A stretch of DNA of 59,662 nt, filler included, from Nemertoderma westbladi (lineage: Eukaryota > Animalia > Xenacoelomorpha): NCBI GenBank assembly GCA_032718475.1. It is 3 parts of 3 records of this genome, joined end to end, with 100 filler letters (N's around TTAATTAATTAA, not from the genome) between each part and the next. Parts side by side here need not be neighbours in the genome. Positions count along the whole stretch, not along the records: positions 25,609 to 51,966 come from JAUCBJ010006509.1; 2 more parts are not named here. One strand, 5' to 3'. This document shows positions 37,352 to 48,945 of this stretch, piece by piece. The first letter of the stretch is position 1; every line of letters starts with the position of its first letter. The notes beneath the pieces were generated by a model. That model was not told the origin of the DNA. It worked only from the letters and a program-made list of their open reading frames with translations, and made no database searches. A program made the position numbers and the translations under genes.

Positions 37352-40300
37352 CCTTCTCTTCCATTGCTGTTACCGTTAATTATTTTTATCTCACATAATT
37401 TTTAGACTAAAGGAACGAACATACGGACGTCACCATTGCTACCTGTCCCGGCACCCGAACCTACAGGCCCGTATGAGGTCCATTCTGCTAGACTGGATGC
37501 AGGAAGTCTGCGAAGTCTACCGTTTACATCGGGAGACCTTCTACCTGTCCCAGGACTACATAGATCGCTACTTAGCTTTGACGTCAGATTGCCCCAAACA
37601 ACATCTGCAGTTAGTCGGTAAGTTGATCCTTTAATAACATTAAAAAAAAGTTATCAACGTGTAAAAGTACCGGAAATAAGAACTTTCTGTCGCTAATTTA
37701 AATCGACCGAAATTCGACTGTTTTTTTTTCAGTTTTATTGAAACAAGTTTATTCTACATATTGCGTGATTCCATTGAGTGGTCCGAAGCCCCATGGCATG
37801 TCCGGGTTGCGAATCGAATTTGGGCACTAAATTATTTGCTATTTCCACTAAATAAAATGTTTTTTTTTACTAAATTGTCACTAAAATGTATTTTTTATAA
37901 TCACTGAAATATGTAACATATTGTATTACTTTCTATTGAATTTCGTTTATTGCTTTGGTTAGGATAAAGTGGCGCTGCAGCGTGCTCATTTCCAATATTG
38001 GTGGTAATCAAGTTATTTTAATGATAACTAATACTATTTTAGTGGAAACTGAATAATTGAATGATTTCCCTGTTAAATTTTGGTGAAAAGGTCGATAATG
38101 TCTGCGGATGGATGCCTTTTAATATTATTAATATTACTACCTTTTCAGGTATAACCGCCTTGTTCATAGCCGCCAAACTGGAGGAAATCTACCCACCTAA
38201 ACTCTCCGAGTTTGCTTACGTCACAGATGGAGCATGCACCGATGCTGATATACTGAGAACGGAACTCGAAATGCTAAAGGTCTGTCCAATAGGAAAAAAT
38301 GATGTAACAATAATTACTAATTATTTAATAATAAAATATGATACATTAATGGTTTAACTCTCATATTATATCATCCTGGGTTTGTTCTTCACTCCTGTCA
38401 TTAACTAGATCATCTGCGGAGTTCTCAGTGTCTTTTGATTCAGTAACGGGGTTGTCTAGATCCGTTTCCGTTTCTTCTGGTTGCGGTTCTGGTTCCGGTG
38501 GGGCTGTATCCGGGAACCGTATCTCCCCATCCCTCGTTCGGATTCGCGAACTCGCATCCAACTCCCTCGCAATATCGGCGAGTCGCTGGTACGTAGCGAC
38601 ACGGCACGGCGGCCCGGACCGGAGGTACTCGGCGCCCAAACCGACCGCAAGATCGGCGACGAACCCGTCGTCGACGCCGCCCACCGGGCTCCCGACGACG
38701 AACGCGAGACCCTGGCGACGCGCGTTTGTCGCCGCCAACCTGACATCGGAGACTGTTGTCCGTCGATCCGGGACCACGATGTACCCGCTGCAGCGCACGG
38801 ACGGGGGTTCGACCCCCCAGCGCTCCGGCGACCCAACCGCAGACTCAGCGAGGATCAGACAACGATCCGAGAGTTTCTCGCACAGAGAAATCCAATTGTC
38901 CGCCTCCTCCTTCCGCAACGGGTCGACGAGCGCCACGATAAACGGGTAGCGATTTAAAAGATCCGCGTAAACTTCGATCAGCTCTTCGGCTGACTTAACA
39001 ATCCCGTTTATCATCTCGTACTTTCCTTTATCCGCCACGTAAATCTCGTGAGCCGCGCAGTTTATCGCCACGTTCACATCGGTTCCCACCGTCAACTCGA
39101 GACCCGTACAGACGTCTTTAACCAACTCGAGTAGAACTTCCGGTCGGTCCGCCGGCGGTACCCAACACGCCGACTCAGTGACTCGCGTCGCGACCCCGAA
39201 CTTTCCCGTTACCATGGCTCCCAACGCCCGATAGACCTTAGCTACCAAAGCGACCGTCTCAGGAGTCGGTAGATCCGTCCGTGGGACTATCATGAGCTCC
39301 TTTACGAGGTTCTGTTTCCCCGCCGCAGATTTCCCGCCGAAAAACACTGTTGTCATGGGAACCGGCATTGCGATGGGCACGGAATCAGAGTTTTCTTGAC
39401 CCGCGATGTTGGCGACTATTTGATGAGCGGGTTGGCCGGTAGAGGCGCTGCGAACTTTAACGAGCGCGGCGGACAACCCCGATATGATAGCGTTGCCCGG
39501 CAACTCGTACGGCTGAGGTTCCGCGTTCTGCTGGACGACGGTTTCCTTCTCTTTACCGACTTTCTTTCCGGATTTCGGGGACCGGGTCCGCTTGTTCGTC
39601 GCGACTACGGCCGGAGTCGGCGACGTCGGTTCGCTCGACTTGGTCTCCTCCGCGAGTCGACGTTCCTCGTCGACCTCGAGGTTCCGAACGACGTCGACGA
39701 CGAGTCGGTCGCACTCCTCGAGTTGGTCGACGCGTCGTCCCGCAACCACCGCCCCCACCGTCGTCTCCAGCAAGGCGATCCCGCCCCCGCAATGAGCGGT
39801 TCTCTCGGCGTCCGACTTGGCCCGCTGTTCCACCGAACCGTTCGCCTCCCCCTTCGGTCTGTCTGCCACGACGTGACTCGCTAACATCTTCTCTTTGCCG
39901 TGTCGCAAACCGTAGACCTCCACTCGCGTTGTGGACTCCCCCCGCTGGTCTATCGTCGGTTCCCCGGCAACCCGGGTAATTGTTATAGGTAACGCCGAAG
40001 CCTCGAAGTAATCGGACAGATATCCATAGACATCTAAAGGGGACTCAATGAACAAATTGTTAAGAACCTTCTCCATCTTCAGCGGTACCCCGTTGTCTTG
40101 GTAATAGATGATTGCTCTTTGTTTCAGTTCGGCTAGCTCTTGGGGACTCAGTTTTGTTTTAGTGCCCATGATGTTGATTTTAATAACAATCTCTTAGTTA
40201 TTATTAACTCACAAAAACACTTAAATCGCGTAAATTTATAACAAATTTATCAGTATTGTATAATAATAATTATTTCCTTGAATATTTTTATAGCATTCTG

Positions 40301-43300
40301 AAATTACATTTTAATTAAACTAAACATGAATAATATATTGTCTATTAAAACGTGTGGCGCAAGCCAAATCATTCCAGGAACATTGTTATCTATAATACTC
40401 TAGTATTGTAATGTTTATTTATCGCACTCCATGTATTTGTATTTTGTTTCCAGGACGACCGCCCTTGTTTGATTGATAATAATGTTGGCATTATTTAATT
40501 GTTATTAATTTTTATTGTAGTGTCGTAGCATCTTATTTGGGAGCTTCTTTTAAAAACATATTAAAAGAAAACACTGAAAACAATTTACTGCAAATGTAAA
40601 TTTGTAAACCCATTTAGAACTCTTTACTTTTCCCGAAATAAATGATAGATTTTTTAGATTGACTGATTCTTATTTATTTAATTATCTTTGATTTTCAGGC
40701 GTTGAACTGGGACTTGCAACCAATGACGGTGAACAGTTGGATCCAGGTCTACCTTCAGTTAGCCCAGTACCTGTACTCCTTACCAGATGAGCCGACACTG
40801 CCAGGTAGACGAGTCTGTCCCAGCCAGCAGTTCCTCATCACCAAGTTCGCACCCGACGCTTTCGTTAGATGCGCTCTGTTAGTGGACCTCGCTATGCTCG
40901 ACATTGCCGCCCTGCAGTTCCCCTACAGTGTCCTCGCCGCCGCCGTCATCTACCATCTGTCCAATCAGGAGATCGCGTTGGGTGTTTCAGGTAAGTTCCA
41001 TAAACAAATAATATTAGATTTTTTTATTTATGTTAGTTTTATACTTACTTTTATTTTATTTTTATTTTACCTTTATAATTCTATAAGCTTTAACATTTCA
41101 ATTAATTATTACGTTTTGTCTCCATATTTTGGTACTAATTAATTTATAAATACTTTTTGTATTTTAGGCCTTTCGTGGGAGTCTATCAGCCCCTGTGTGC
41201 AGTGGTTGTCTGCCTGCAAAACCACTCTACATGAATCATCAGTTCCGGCCGAACTAAAGTGTTTCAGCAAGGTATCCCCTGAGGATTACCACAACATACA
41301 AACTCATGCCGTTGATCTTACTCTATTGGTAGGTTGTTATCCGTTAGTCTTACTCTATTGGTAGGTTGTTATCCGTTGGTCTTACTCTATTGGTAGGTTG
41401 TTATCCGTTAGTCTTACTCTATTGGTAGGTAGTTATCCGTTGGTCTTACTCTATTGGTAGGTTGTTATCCGTTGGTCTTACTCTATTGGTAGGTTGTTAT
41501 CCGTTAGTCTTACTCTATTGGTAGGTTGGTAGGCTTTTGGTCTTACTCTAGTGGTAGGCTTTGGTCTCACTCTATTGGTAGGTTGTTATCCGTTGGTCTT
41601 ACTCTATTGGTAGGTTGTTATCCGTTGGTCTTACTCTATTGGTAGGTTGGTAGGCTTTTGGTCTTACTCTATTGGTAGGTTGTTATCCGTTGGTCTTACT
41701 CTATTGGTAGGTTGTTATCCGTTGATCTTACTCTATTGGTAGGTTGGTAGGCTTTGGTCTCACTCTATTGGTAGGTTGTTATCCGTTGATCTTACTCTAT
41801 TGGTAGGTTGTTATCCGTTGGTCTTACTCTATTGGTAGGTTGGTAGGCTTTTGGTCTTACTCTAGTGGTAGGTTGGTAGGCTTTGGTCTCACTCTATTGG
41901 TAGGTTGTTATCCGTTGGTCTTACTCTATTGGTAGGTTGGTAGGCTTTGGTCTTACTCTATTGGTAGGTTGTTATCCGTTGATCTTACTCTATTGGTAGG
42001 TTGTTATCCGTTGGTCTTACTCTATTGGTAGGTTGGTAGGCTTTGGTCTTACTCTATTGGTAGGTTGTTATCCGTTGGTCTTACTCTATTGGTAGGTTGG
42101 TAGGCTTTTGGTCTTACTCTATTGGTAGGTTGTTATCCGTTGATCTTACTCTATTGGTAGGTTGTTATCCGTTGGTCTTACTCTATTGGTAGGTTGGTAG
42201 GCTTTGGTCTTACTCTATTGGTAGGTTGTTATCCGTTGGTCTTACTCTATTGGTAGGTTGGTAGGCTTTTGGTCTTACTCTAGTGGTAGGTTGGTAGGCT
42301 TTGGTCTCACTCTATTGGTAGGTTGTTATCCGTTGGTCTTACTCTATTGGTAGGTTGTTATCCGTTGGTCTTACTCTATTGGTAGGTTGGTAGGCTTTGG
42401 TCTTACTCTATTGGTAGGTTGTTATCCGTTGGTCTTACTCTATTGGTAGGTTGTTATCCGTTGGTCTTACTCTATTGGTAGGTTGTTATCCGTTGGTCTT
42501 ACTCTATTGGTAGGTTGTTATCCGTTGGTCTTACTCTATTGGTAGGTTGTTATCCGTTGATCTTACTCTATTGGTAGGTTGTTATCCGTTGGTCTTACTC
42601 TATTGGTAGGTTGTTATCCGTTGATCTTACTCTATTGGTAGGTTGGTAGGCTTTGGTCTTACTCTATTGGTAGGTTGTTATCCGTTGGTCTTACTCTATT
42701 GGTAGGTTGTTATCCGTTGATCTTACTCTATTGGTAGGTTGGTAGGCTTTGGTCTTACTCTATTGGTAGGTTGTTATCCGTTGGTCTTACTCTATTGGTA
42801 GGTTGGTAGGCTTTGGTCTTACTCTATTGGTAGGTTGTTATCCGTTGGTCTTACTCTATTGGTAGGTTGTTATCCGTTGGTCTTACTCTATTGGTAGGTT
42901 GTTATCCGTTGGTCTTACTCTATTGGTAGGTTGTTATCCGTTGATCTTACTCTATTGGTAGGTTGGTAGGCTTTGGTCTTACTCTATTGGTAGGTTGTTA
43001 TCCGTTGGTCTTACTCTATTGGTAGGTTGTTATCCGTTAATCTTACTCTATTGGTAGGTTGTTATCCGTTGGTCTTACTCTATTGGTAGGTTGGTAGGCT
43101 TTGGTCTTACTCTATTGGTAGGTTGTTATCCGTTGATCTTACTCTATTGGTAGGTTGTTATCCGTTGGTCTTACTCTATTGGTAGGTTGGTAGGCTTTGG
43201 TCTTACTCTATTGGTAGGTTGGTAGGCTTTGGTCTCACTCTATTGGTAGGTTGTTATCCGTTGATCTTACTCTATTGGTAGGTTGTTATCCGTTGGTCTT

Positions 43301-44580
43301 ACTCTATTGGTAGGTTGTTATCCGTTGGTCTTACTCTATTGGTAGGTTGGTAGGCTTTGGTCTTACTCTATTGGTAGGTTGTTATCCGTTGGTCTTACTC
43401 TATTGGTAGGTTGTTATCCGTTGGTCTTACTCTATTGGTTTGGTTGGTAGGCTTTTGGTCTTACTCTATTGGTAGGTTGGTAGGCTTTGGTCTCACTCTA
43501 TTGGTAGGTTGTTATCCGTTGATCTTACTCTATTGGTAGGTTGTTATCCGTTGGTCTTACTCTATTGGTAGGTTGTTATCCGTTGGTCTTACTCTATTGG
43601 TAGGTTGGTAGGCTTTGGTCTTACTCTATTGGTAGGTTGTTATCCGTTGGTCTTACTCTATTGGTAGGTTGTTATCCGTTGATCTTACTCTATTGGTAGG
43701 TTGGTAGGCTTTTGGTCTTACTCTAGTGGTAGGTTGGTAGGCTTTGGTCTCACTCTATTGGTAGGTTGTTATCCGTTGATCTTACTCTATTGGTAGGTTG
43801 TTATCCGTTGGTCTTACTCTATTGGTTTGGTTGGTAGGCTTTTGGTCTTACTCTAGTGGTAGGTTGGTAGGCTTTGGTCTCACTCTATTGGTAGGTTGTT
43901 ATCCGTTGATCTTACTCTATTGGTAGGTTGTTATCCGTTGGTCTTACTCTATTGGTAGGTTGTTATCCGTTGATCTTACTCTATTGGTAGGTTGTTATCC
44001 GTTGGTCTTACTCTATTGGTAGGTTGTTATCCGTTGGTCTTACTCTATTGGTAGGTTGTTATCCGTTGGTCTTACTCTATTGGTAGGTTGTTATCCGTTG
44101 GTCTTACTCTATTGGTAGGTTGTTATCCGTTGGTCTTACTCTATTGGTAGGTTGGTAGGCTTTGGTCTTACTCTATTGGTAGGTTGTTATCCGTTGGTCT
44201 TACTCTATTGGTAGGTTGTTATCCGTTGGTCTTACTCTATTGGTAGGTTGGTAGGCTTTGGTCTTACTCTATTGGTAGGTTGTTATCCGTTGGTCTTACT
44301 CTATTGGTAGGTTGGTAGGCTTTGGTCTTACTCTATTGGTAGGTTGGTAGGCTTTGGTCTTACTCTATTGGTAGGTTGCTTCTGTTATTGGTGGATTGGT
44401 TAACTATTAAGTTTATTATTATTATAGGAGCGGTCGATGGATCTTCGACGACTTATGGAACTCCAGCTGACTCCATCCTCAAGGGGAAGCCCTATGTTCA
44501 GTATGCTGACGCCCCCTAGTAGCAGTCACAAACATCCTTACCAACACATGGAGAGTAGCGTTCCCATGTCTCCGTGGTGA
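34945..44580 (+). CDS. CCNE: G1/S-specific cyclin E. Exons (34945-35022), 36276-36418, 37406-37617, 38149-38279, 40699-40990, 41168-41328, 44428-44580. 389 aa from ATG 34945, or 444 aa using the upstream exons instead.
   Basis: Cyclin box [53 protein letters not shown] and C-terminal phosphodegron MLTPPSS; all GT-AG, phases consistent. The first exon is less certain than the rest. Confidence 0.95.
38361..40169 (-). CDS. ENO4: Enolase 4 (ENO4-like), intronless, 602 aa, nested antisense in cyclin E intron 38280-40698
   Basis: N-terminus [37 protein letters not shown] matches the ENO4-specific N-terminal region (recalled); enolase-fold remnants ([28 protein letters not shown]); ATTAAA about 32 nt after the stop. 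Confidence 0.9.
   Translation of the reverse strand: MGTKTKLSPQELAELKQRAIIYYQDNGVPLKMEKVLNNLFIESPLDVYGYLSDYFEASALPITITRVAGEPTIDQRGESTTRVEVYGLRHGKEKMLASHVVADRPKGEANGSVEQRAKSDAERTAHCGGGIALLETTVGAVVAGRRVDQLEECDRLVVDVVRNLEVDEERRLAEETKSSEPTSPTPAVVATNKRTRSPKSGKKVGKEKETVVQQNAEPQPYELPGNAIISGLSAALVKVRSASTGQPAHQIVANIAGQENSDSVPIAMPVPMTTVFFGGKSAAGKQNLVKELMIVPRTDLPTPETVALVAKVYRALGAMVTGKFGVATRVTESACWVPPADRPEVLLELVKDVCTGLELTVGTDVNVAINCAAHEIYVADKGKYEMINGIVKSAEELIEVYADLLNRYPFIVALVDPLRKEEADNWISLCEKLSDRCLILAESAVGSPERWGVEPPSVRCSGYIVVPDRRTTVSDVRLAATNARRQGLAFVVGSPVGGVDDGFVADLAVGLGAEYLRSGPPCRVATYQRLADIARELDASSRIRTRDGEIRFPDTAPPEPEPQPEETETDLDNPVTESKDTENSADDLVNDRSEEQTQDDII
40446..40459. promoter_or_regulatory. RFX X-box-like motif ~280 bp upstream of the ENO4 ATG
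   Basis: GTTTCCAGGACGAC (reverse complement GTCGTCCTGGAAAC) fits RYYNYY-WW-RRNRAC with one mismatch. Confidence 0.45.
41309..44378 (+). repeat. ~96-copy 32/33-bp tandem array built from the cyclin E exon end plus 5' splice site
   Basis: Unit CCGTTG(G/A)TCTTACTCTATTG|GTAGGTTGTTAT, with variant ...GTAGGTTGGTAGGCTTT(T); the first unit overlaps coding sequence AVDLTLL. Confidence 0.97.
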
Positions 44581-46027
44581 TATCAACGTATCCCATGGAT
44601 ACAACTATAAACAGACTGGGAACATATGGCAACTAAACTTTCGGTGTGTCAAGTAAAGTTGAAAGCCCAATTAGCTATGGTGCTATTGTAGCTACATGTA
44701 GTAGCGTTAGGTAATATTTAATGGCGTTTGTTTTTAGAATGTGTTCTTTTACGCTAGTTGATATAATTATAATAAGAGGTGATGATCGTATGTATCTTAA
44801 GCTAATACCATTCGATGCGGTTGTCGGTTTTTAGAAACAGTTGATGCCATGTTAATTCTGTATGGTTGGCTTCGATTTTTTTTATGCGTATTTGAGGAAT
44901 GATAGTAATGTTACCCTACGATATAAGAACATTTAAAGCTCTAGCACTCTGCTGTTACGAATTAGTAACTATGTGGACTTAAATTGTTCCAGTTGACAAC
45001 CGCATTAGTTTAGGTATTTGTTTATACCTCAGATATTCCGCAGATCCCAATACCAACGCGCAGTCGGTCGTTGCAATAGGAATGGCGCATACAATATATA
45101 TTTAGCTTAAAGCACTCACTCAACTTTCTCGAACTGAATCATGGAAGACTATAATACGGAATCACCTTGCATTGTAACCTTTAAGACTACCAATAGTTTT
45201 TGAGGAAAAAGAAAAATTATTGGATGAGTACAATAAAACAATTTTAATTTAGAAACAAATTATAATTTGCCAAAATCAAATTTGGGTAGTTAATTTCGAA
45301 GCGCTGATACAAAATATTGAAATCGTTTTTTATCGTTATTGACTTATTACTATCGTATTATTGTTGACGTATTGACTTATTTCTTAACTTTTTAACCAAT
45401 TCTATTTCCTTCAATCAGTGATTGAATAGGATTGATTCAGAGTCAATAACCGGTGCTTATAGCTAAGTTTATATGCCGCCCTTCATACAGACTACGTATC
45501 AAAACGTCAAGCTATTATTTGCTGAAATCGTGCAATCTCATCACTTCTCACTCACGTCATTGATAATTTATTCTGTCTTTATGGAGTTTTTATTCCAAAT
45601 ATTTGATTCACTTTCACCTCTTATTTTTCACGCGCTTGGTATTATAAATTCATTGGCTGTGAATCAGTTGTAGCATTTCATAATTTTTCCATAGCGCGCG
45701 TGTTTGACGTACGCGAATGCCGCAGTGTATTTAATAAATATTTTATTTCGCTTCTTAAACCTTTGACGTAAATCTTGTTAACTTATTTAAGTAAACTTAT
45801 TTTATAGGTAATATTTTACTTCCACTATGCTGCTTTTCATCTTTTAATTTGTTCCATTGATATGGTGATTTATTGTTTTAATGTTATTCGCTTTATTTAA
45901 TTTTAATTATCAACGCTTTTTAGGTCTTTTTAAGAGAACCCGCCCTACCCGTATTATTTAACTCACGTTTAGTAGTTAGTAAATAAGTGTGTTTTACATT
46001 AAGTTACACATGATGGTATTTTGTTGC

Positions 46028-46419
46028 CTGTATTTTAACTTTTACGTCGCCATCTTGTGGGTGTGTCACTCCCCTCTGTATTTTAACTTTTACGTCGCCA
46101 TCTTGTGGGTGTGTCACTCCCCTCTGTATTTTAACTTTTACGTCGCCATCTTGTGGGTGTGTCACTCCCCTCTGTATTTTAACTTTTACGTCGCCATCTT
46201 GTGGGTGTGTCACTCCCCTCTGTATTTTAACTTTTACGTCGCCATCTTGTGGGTGTGTCACTCCCCTCTGTATTTTAACTTTTACGTCGCCATCTTGTGG
46301 GTGTGTCACTCCCCTCTGTATTTTAACTTTTACGTCGCCATCTTGTGGGTGTGTCACTCCCCTCTGTATTTTAACTTTTACGTCGCCATCTTGTGGGTGT
46401 GTCACTCCCCTCTGTATTT
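46028..46419. repeat. Perfect 48-bp tandem repeat, 8 copies
   Basis: CTGTATTTTAACTTTTACGTCGCCATCTTGTGGGTGTGTCACTCCCCT repeated. Confidence 0.96.
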
Positions 46420-46932
46420 AAAGGTTTTTGTCAGTTCTTTTGTACATTGACTGACAATTACTTTTTTGGGCAAGATACAGGAAAGACCAAAATAGAGATA
46501 TTTTAGTGGTAAAAAATAGATGAAGTTTCTTAAAAACAACAAACATACTCTAAAAGATCATTGTTTGTAGTGTTCAGTGCAAATATTGCCTTAACTGGTA
46601 TTGTATCCCTGATGTTTAATTATGCAATAATATTTGGCATTAACCCCGGTTATATGAGGCGACAGTTTATGCCCTTTTGTCTCTAATTTCACTGATTTTT
46701 ATAAGTTTTGGCTACTTTTCTCTTTATTGCTCCTTTTACATCAATCGAATTATTCCATATCTCATCTTTTTAGTTACATTGAATACGTTTTCTTATTTGT
46801 TATGTAGATACCATGTCTTAAAAATTTGATTCTGAAATTATTTTGTGTGTCGTGTTTTAATTTTAATTTTTACTATAGTAATAATAAATATTGGTTTAAT
46901 CTTTTAATTTCTTTACTATTTTCGATTATCAT

Positions 46933-47250
46933 AAGTGACCCCGGCGCTTCCAACACGGAAAATGATAACTGTAGGTTGTGAATAGTAGTTGATGGAGCAA
47001 CTGTCGGTCGGTCCATCTGTCGCTCTAACTGTCTGTCTGTCGGCAAATAGTTGAGGCTGATAACTCAGTCAATTTGTGATGAAATTAATTCGAACTTGAT
47101 ACACGTCATGTAGTCTGTCAAAAGTTTGAAACAGATTTTGTTTGGGTCTTAGAAATTCTCCCGACTCCCGCTAGAGGTGGATAATAGGCAACGGTTGAAA
47201 CAGTGGTACCCGTATTCTAAGCCGCTTACTTCGTCCTACGCTAGTGCCGA
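46933..47250 (+). mobile_element. Probable DINE/Helentron-associated non-autonomous element
   Basis: GTCGGTCGGTCC..CTGTCTGTCTGTC microsatellite followed by a TAACTC...ATT..CGAACTTG motif typical of such elements. Confidence 0.4.
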
Positions 47251-47277
47251 ACAAAAGTAAATTATAGTAACTGTTAA

Positions 47278-47394
47278 TAAAGACCGTTAGAACCTCCGAA
47301 ACGATGCCGGTTAGTAAAGACCGTTAGAACCTCCGAAACTATGCCGGTTAGTAAAGACCGTTAGAACCTCCGAAACTATGCCGGTTAGTAAAGA
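47278..47394. repeat. 37-bp tandem repeat, ~3 copies
   Basis: GTAAAGACCGTTAGAACCTCCGAAACTATGCCGGTTA repeated. Confidence 0.9.
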
Positions 47395-47573
47395 CGACCC
47401 CTGTTAAGTGTCCTGTACTTTCCCTTTCCCGTGGAAAAAAAACTACCTTCTCGGAGCGCATTCCTCATAGACAACCATTGGCAGAAATGAGAGACTGAGT
47501 TACTTTCCCAAACAGTACAGGAAACTTCACATGGGGGTAATTTTGTTTTCTCTGAGGAGGACGAAGTATGGTG

Positions 47574-47787
47574 GGATGGATGGATGGATGGAAGGAAGGG
47601 AGGAAGGGGAAGGAAGGAAAGTAGGAAAGGAAAGTAGAAAAGAAAAGAAAAGAAAAGAAAAGAAAAGAAAAGAAAAGAAAAGAAAAGAAAAGAAAAGAAA
47701 AGAAAAGAAAAGAAAAGAAAAGAAAAGAAAAGAAAAGAAAAGAAAAGAAAAGAAAAGAAAAGAAAAGAAAAGAAAAGAAAAGAAAAG
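47574..47787. repeat. Purine-rich microsatellite: (TGGA)n / (GGAA)n followed by (AGAAA) x ~30
   Basis: Direct inspection. Confidence 0.95.
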
Positions 47788-48694
47788 TCAACAATTCGAA
47801 TGGTTTGAAGAGCGCCTATTTATAGTAAATTTTTACCCCATGTCAATACTTCGAAAGACCATGTCAACACTTCGCAAAGGAAAAATTGTAATGTAAATAG
47901 AATAATAGTATATTATTTTAAAATACAAATACAATATAACTACACCATGACCCGTAATATAGTGTCATTTTCTGATGACACGGACCCCCCCCCCCCCCCC
48001 CCCCACCCCCAAATTTTTTTACAGATCTTTATCATATTGCTTGAAATTTGAGTAGTTCTACTCACCGTGGTTGTTAAAATGAAGCCAGAAGTTTCGATTT
48101 TGCCTTTACATTTTTTTATAAGATTTAAAAAAGTTTTTTTTGCGAAATTGCACATCTCCTATCATCGCCATTCTTCACACTAACCTCGCTTTATAGATAT
48201 CATTAAAAAGCTTGCGTTACAAGGATTCCAAATATGTAACAATATTTGAATTTCGTGACTTTTTCGTGACTAATTTCAATTTCGTGACGTGGAAAGACTT
48301 CCAAGAGATTCCAAAGTAGGAAATCGTATAATCTTCACTTATGATACACTAGCCAAAAACGACGAGCCAATATCGATGGTAAGTGAGTTCACGCTCGCTC
48401 ATCAGGAAAATAGGTGGAACAAACGCTCAGGTGGAAGGGTCTCAATGGATGTCAACCAACCAATCAGGCCACGCCCCTGTTGCGCCACCAACAATAGAGT
48501 TTGGAAAGGCCAGTCGGCCAGTACGACCGGAACAAGTCTGTGTAAGCTTAAACAGGAAACAGCTAGTGGGCAATAATAATAACTGAAGACATATTTTTGG
48601 GACATTATTTCACATTATTTCTACAATATAACGATCCAGTCTTGGGGACTTAGAAAATCACATAAAGTAAAACTTAGTTTTCATTCAAATTGAA

Positions 48695-48945
48695 TTGTTG
48701 TGGGGTGAGTGACGCGGTGTATTAAATATACAATGTAAATAAGACAATATGATAATGCTCTCCATAGCGAAAAATATCAACCGGCCCTATTGGGGCTCGA
48801 ACCCGGTACCTGGGTTTCAAACTTCTGGTTATCATCAGCTGGGTGAGTGTACTGAGCTACCAGACCGGATGAATATTTCGCTATGGAGTGGGAGATCATA
48901 TTTGGGCCAACTAATCGCTATGGAGAGCATTATCATATTGTCTTA
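48695..48945 (-). mobile_element. tRNA-derived SINE with 16-bp TSD and 5' inverted duplication
   Basis: A box GTAGCTCAGT and B box GGGTTCGAGCCC on the - strand; TSD TTTCATTCAAATTGAA at 48679-48694 and 48946-48961; second copy at ~58593-58857. Confidence 0.82.

Noticed and set aside
38428-39884. Overlapping and antisense ORFs within ENO4, TRABD and tubulin
   Set aside because: Expected shadow ORFs of GC-rich coding sequence.
38361-40169. Horizontal transfer of a bacterial enolase (intronless, GC-rich)
   Set aside because: The protein has the eukaryotic ENO4-specific N-terminus and degenerate active site; retroposition or intron loss is more parsimonious.
41309-44378. CRISPR-like appearance of the 32-bp array (and the 40-, 44- and 48-bp arrays)
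   Set aside because: Units are head-to-tail with no unique spacers, there are no cas genes, and the context is a eukaryotic intron.
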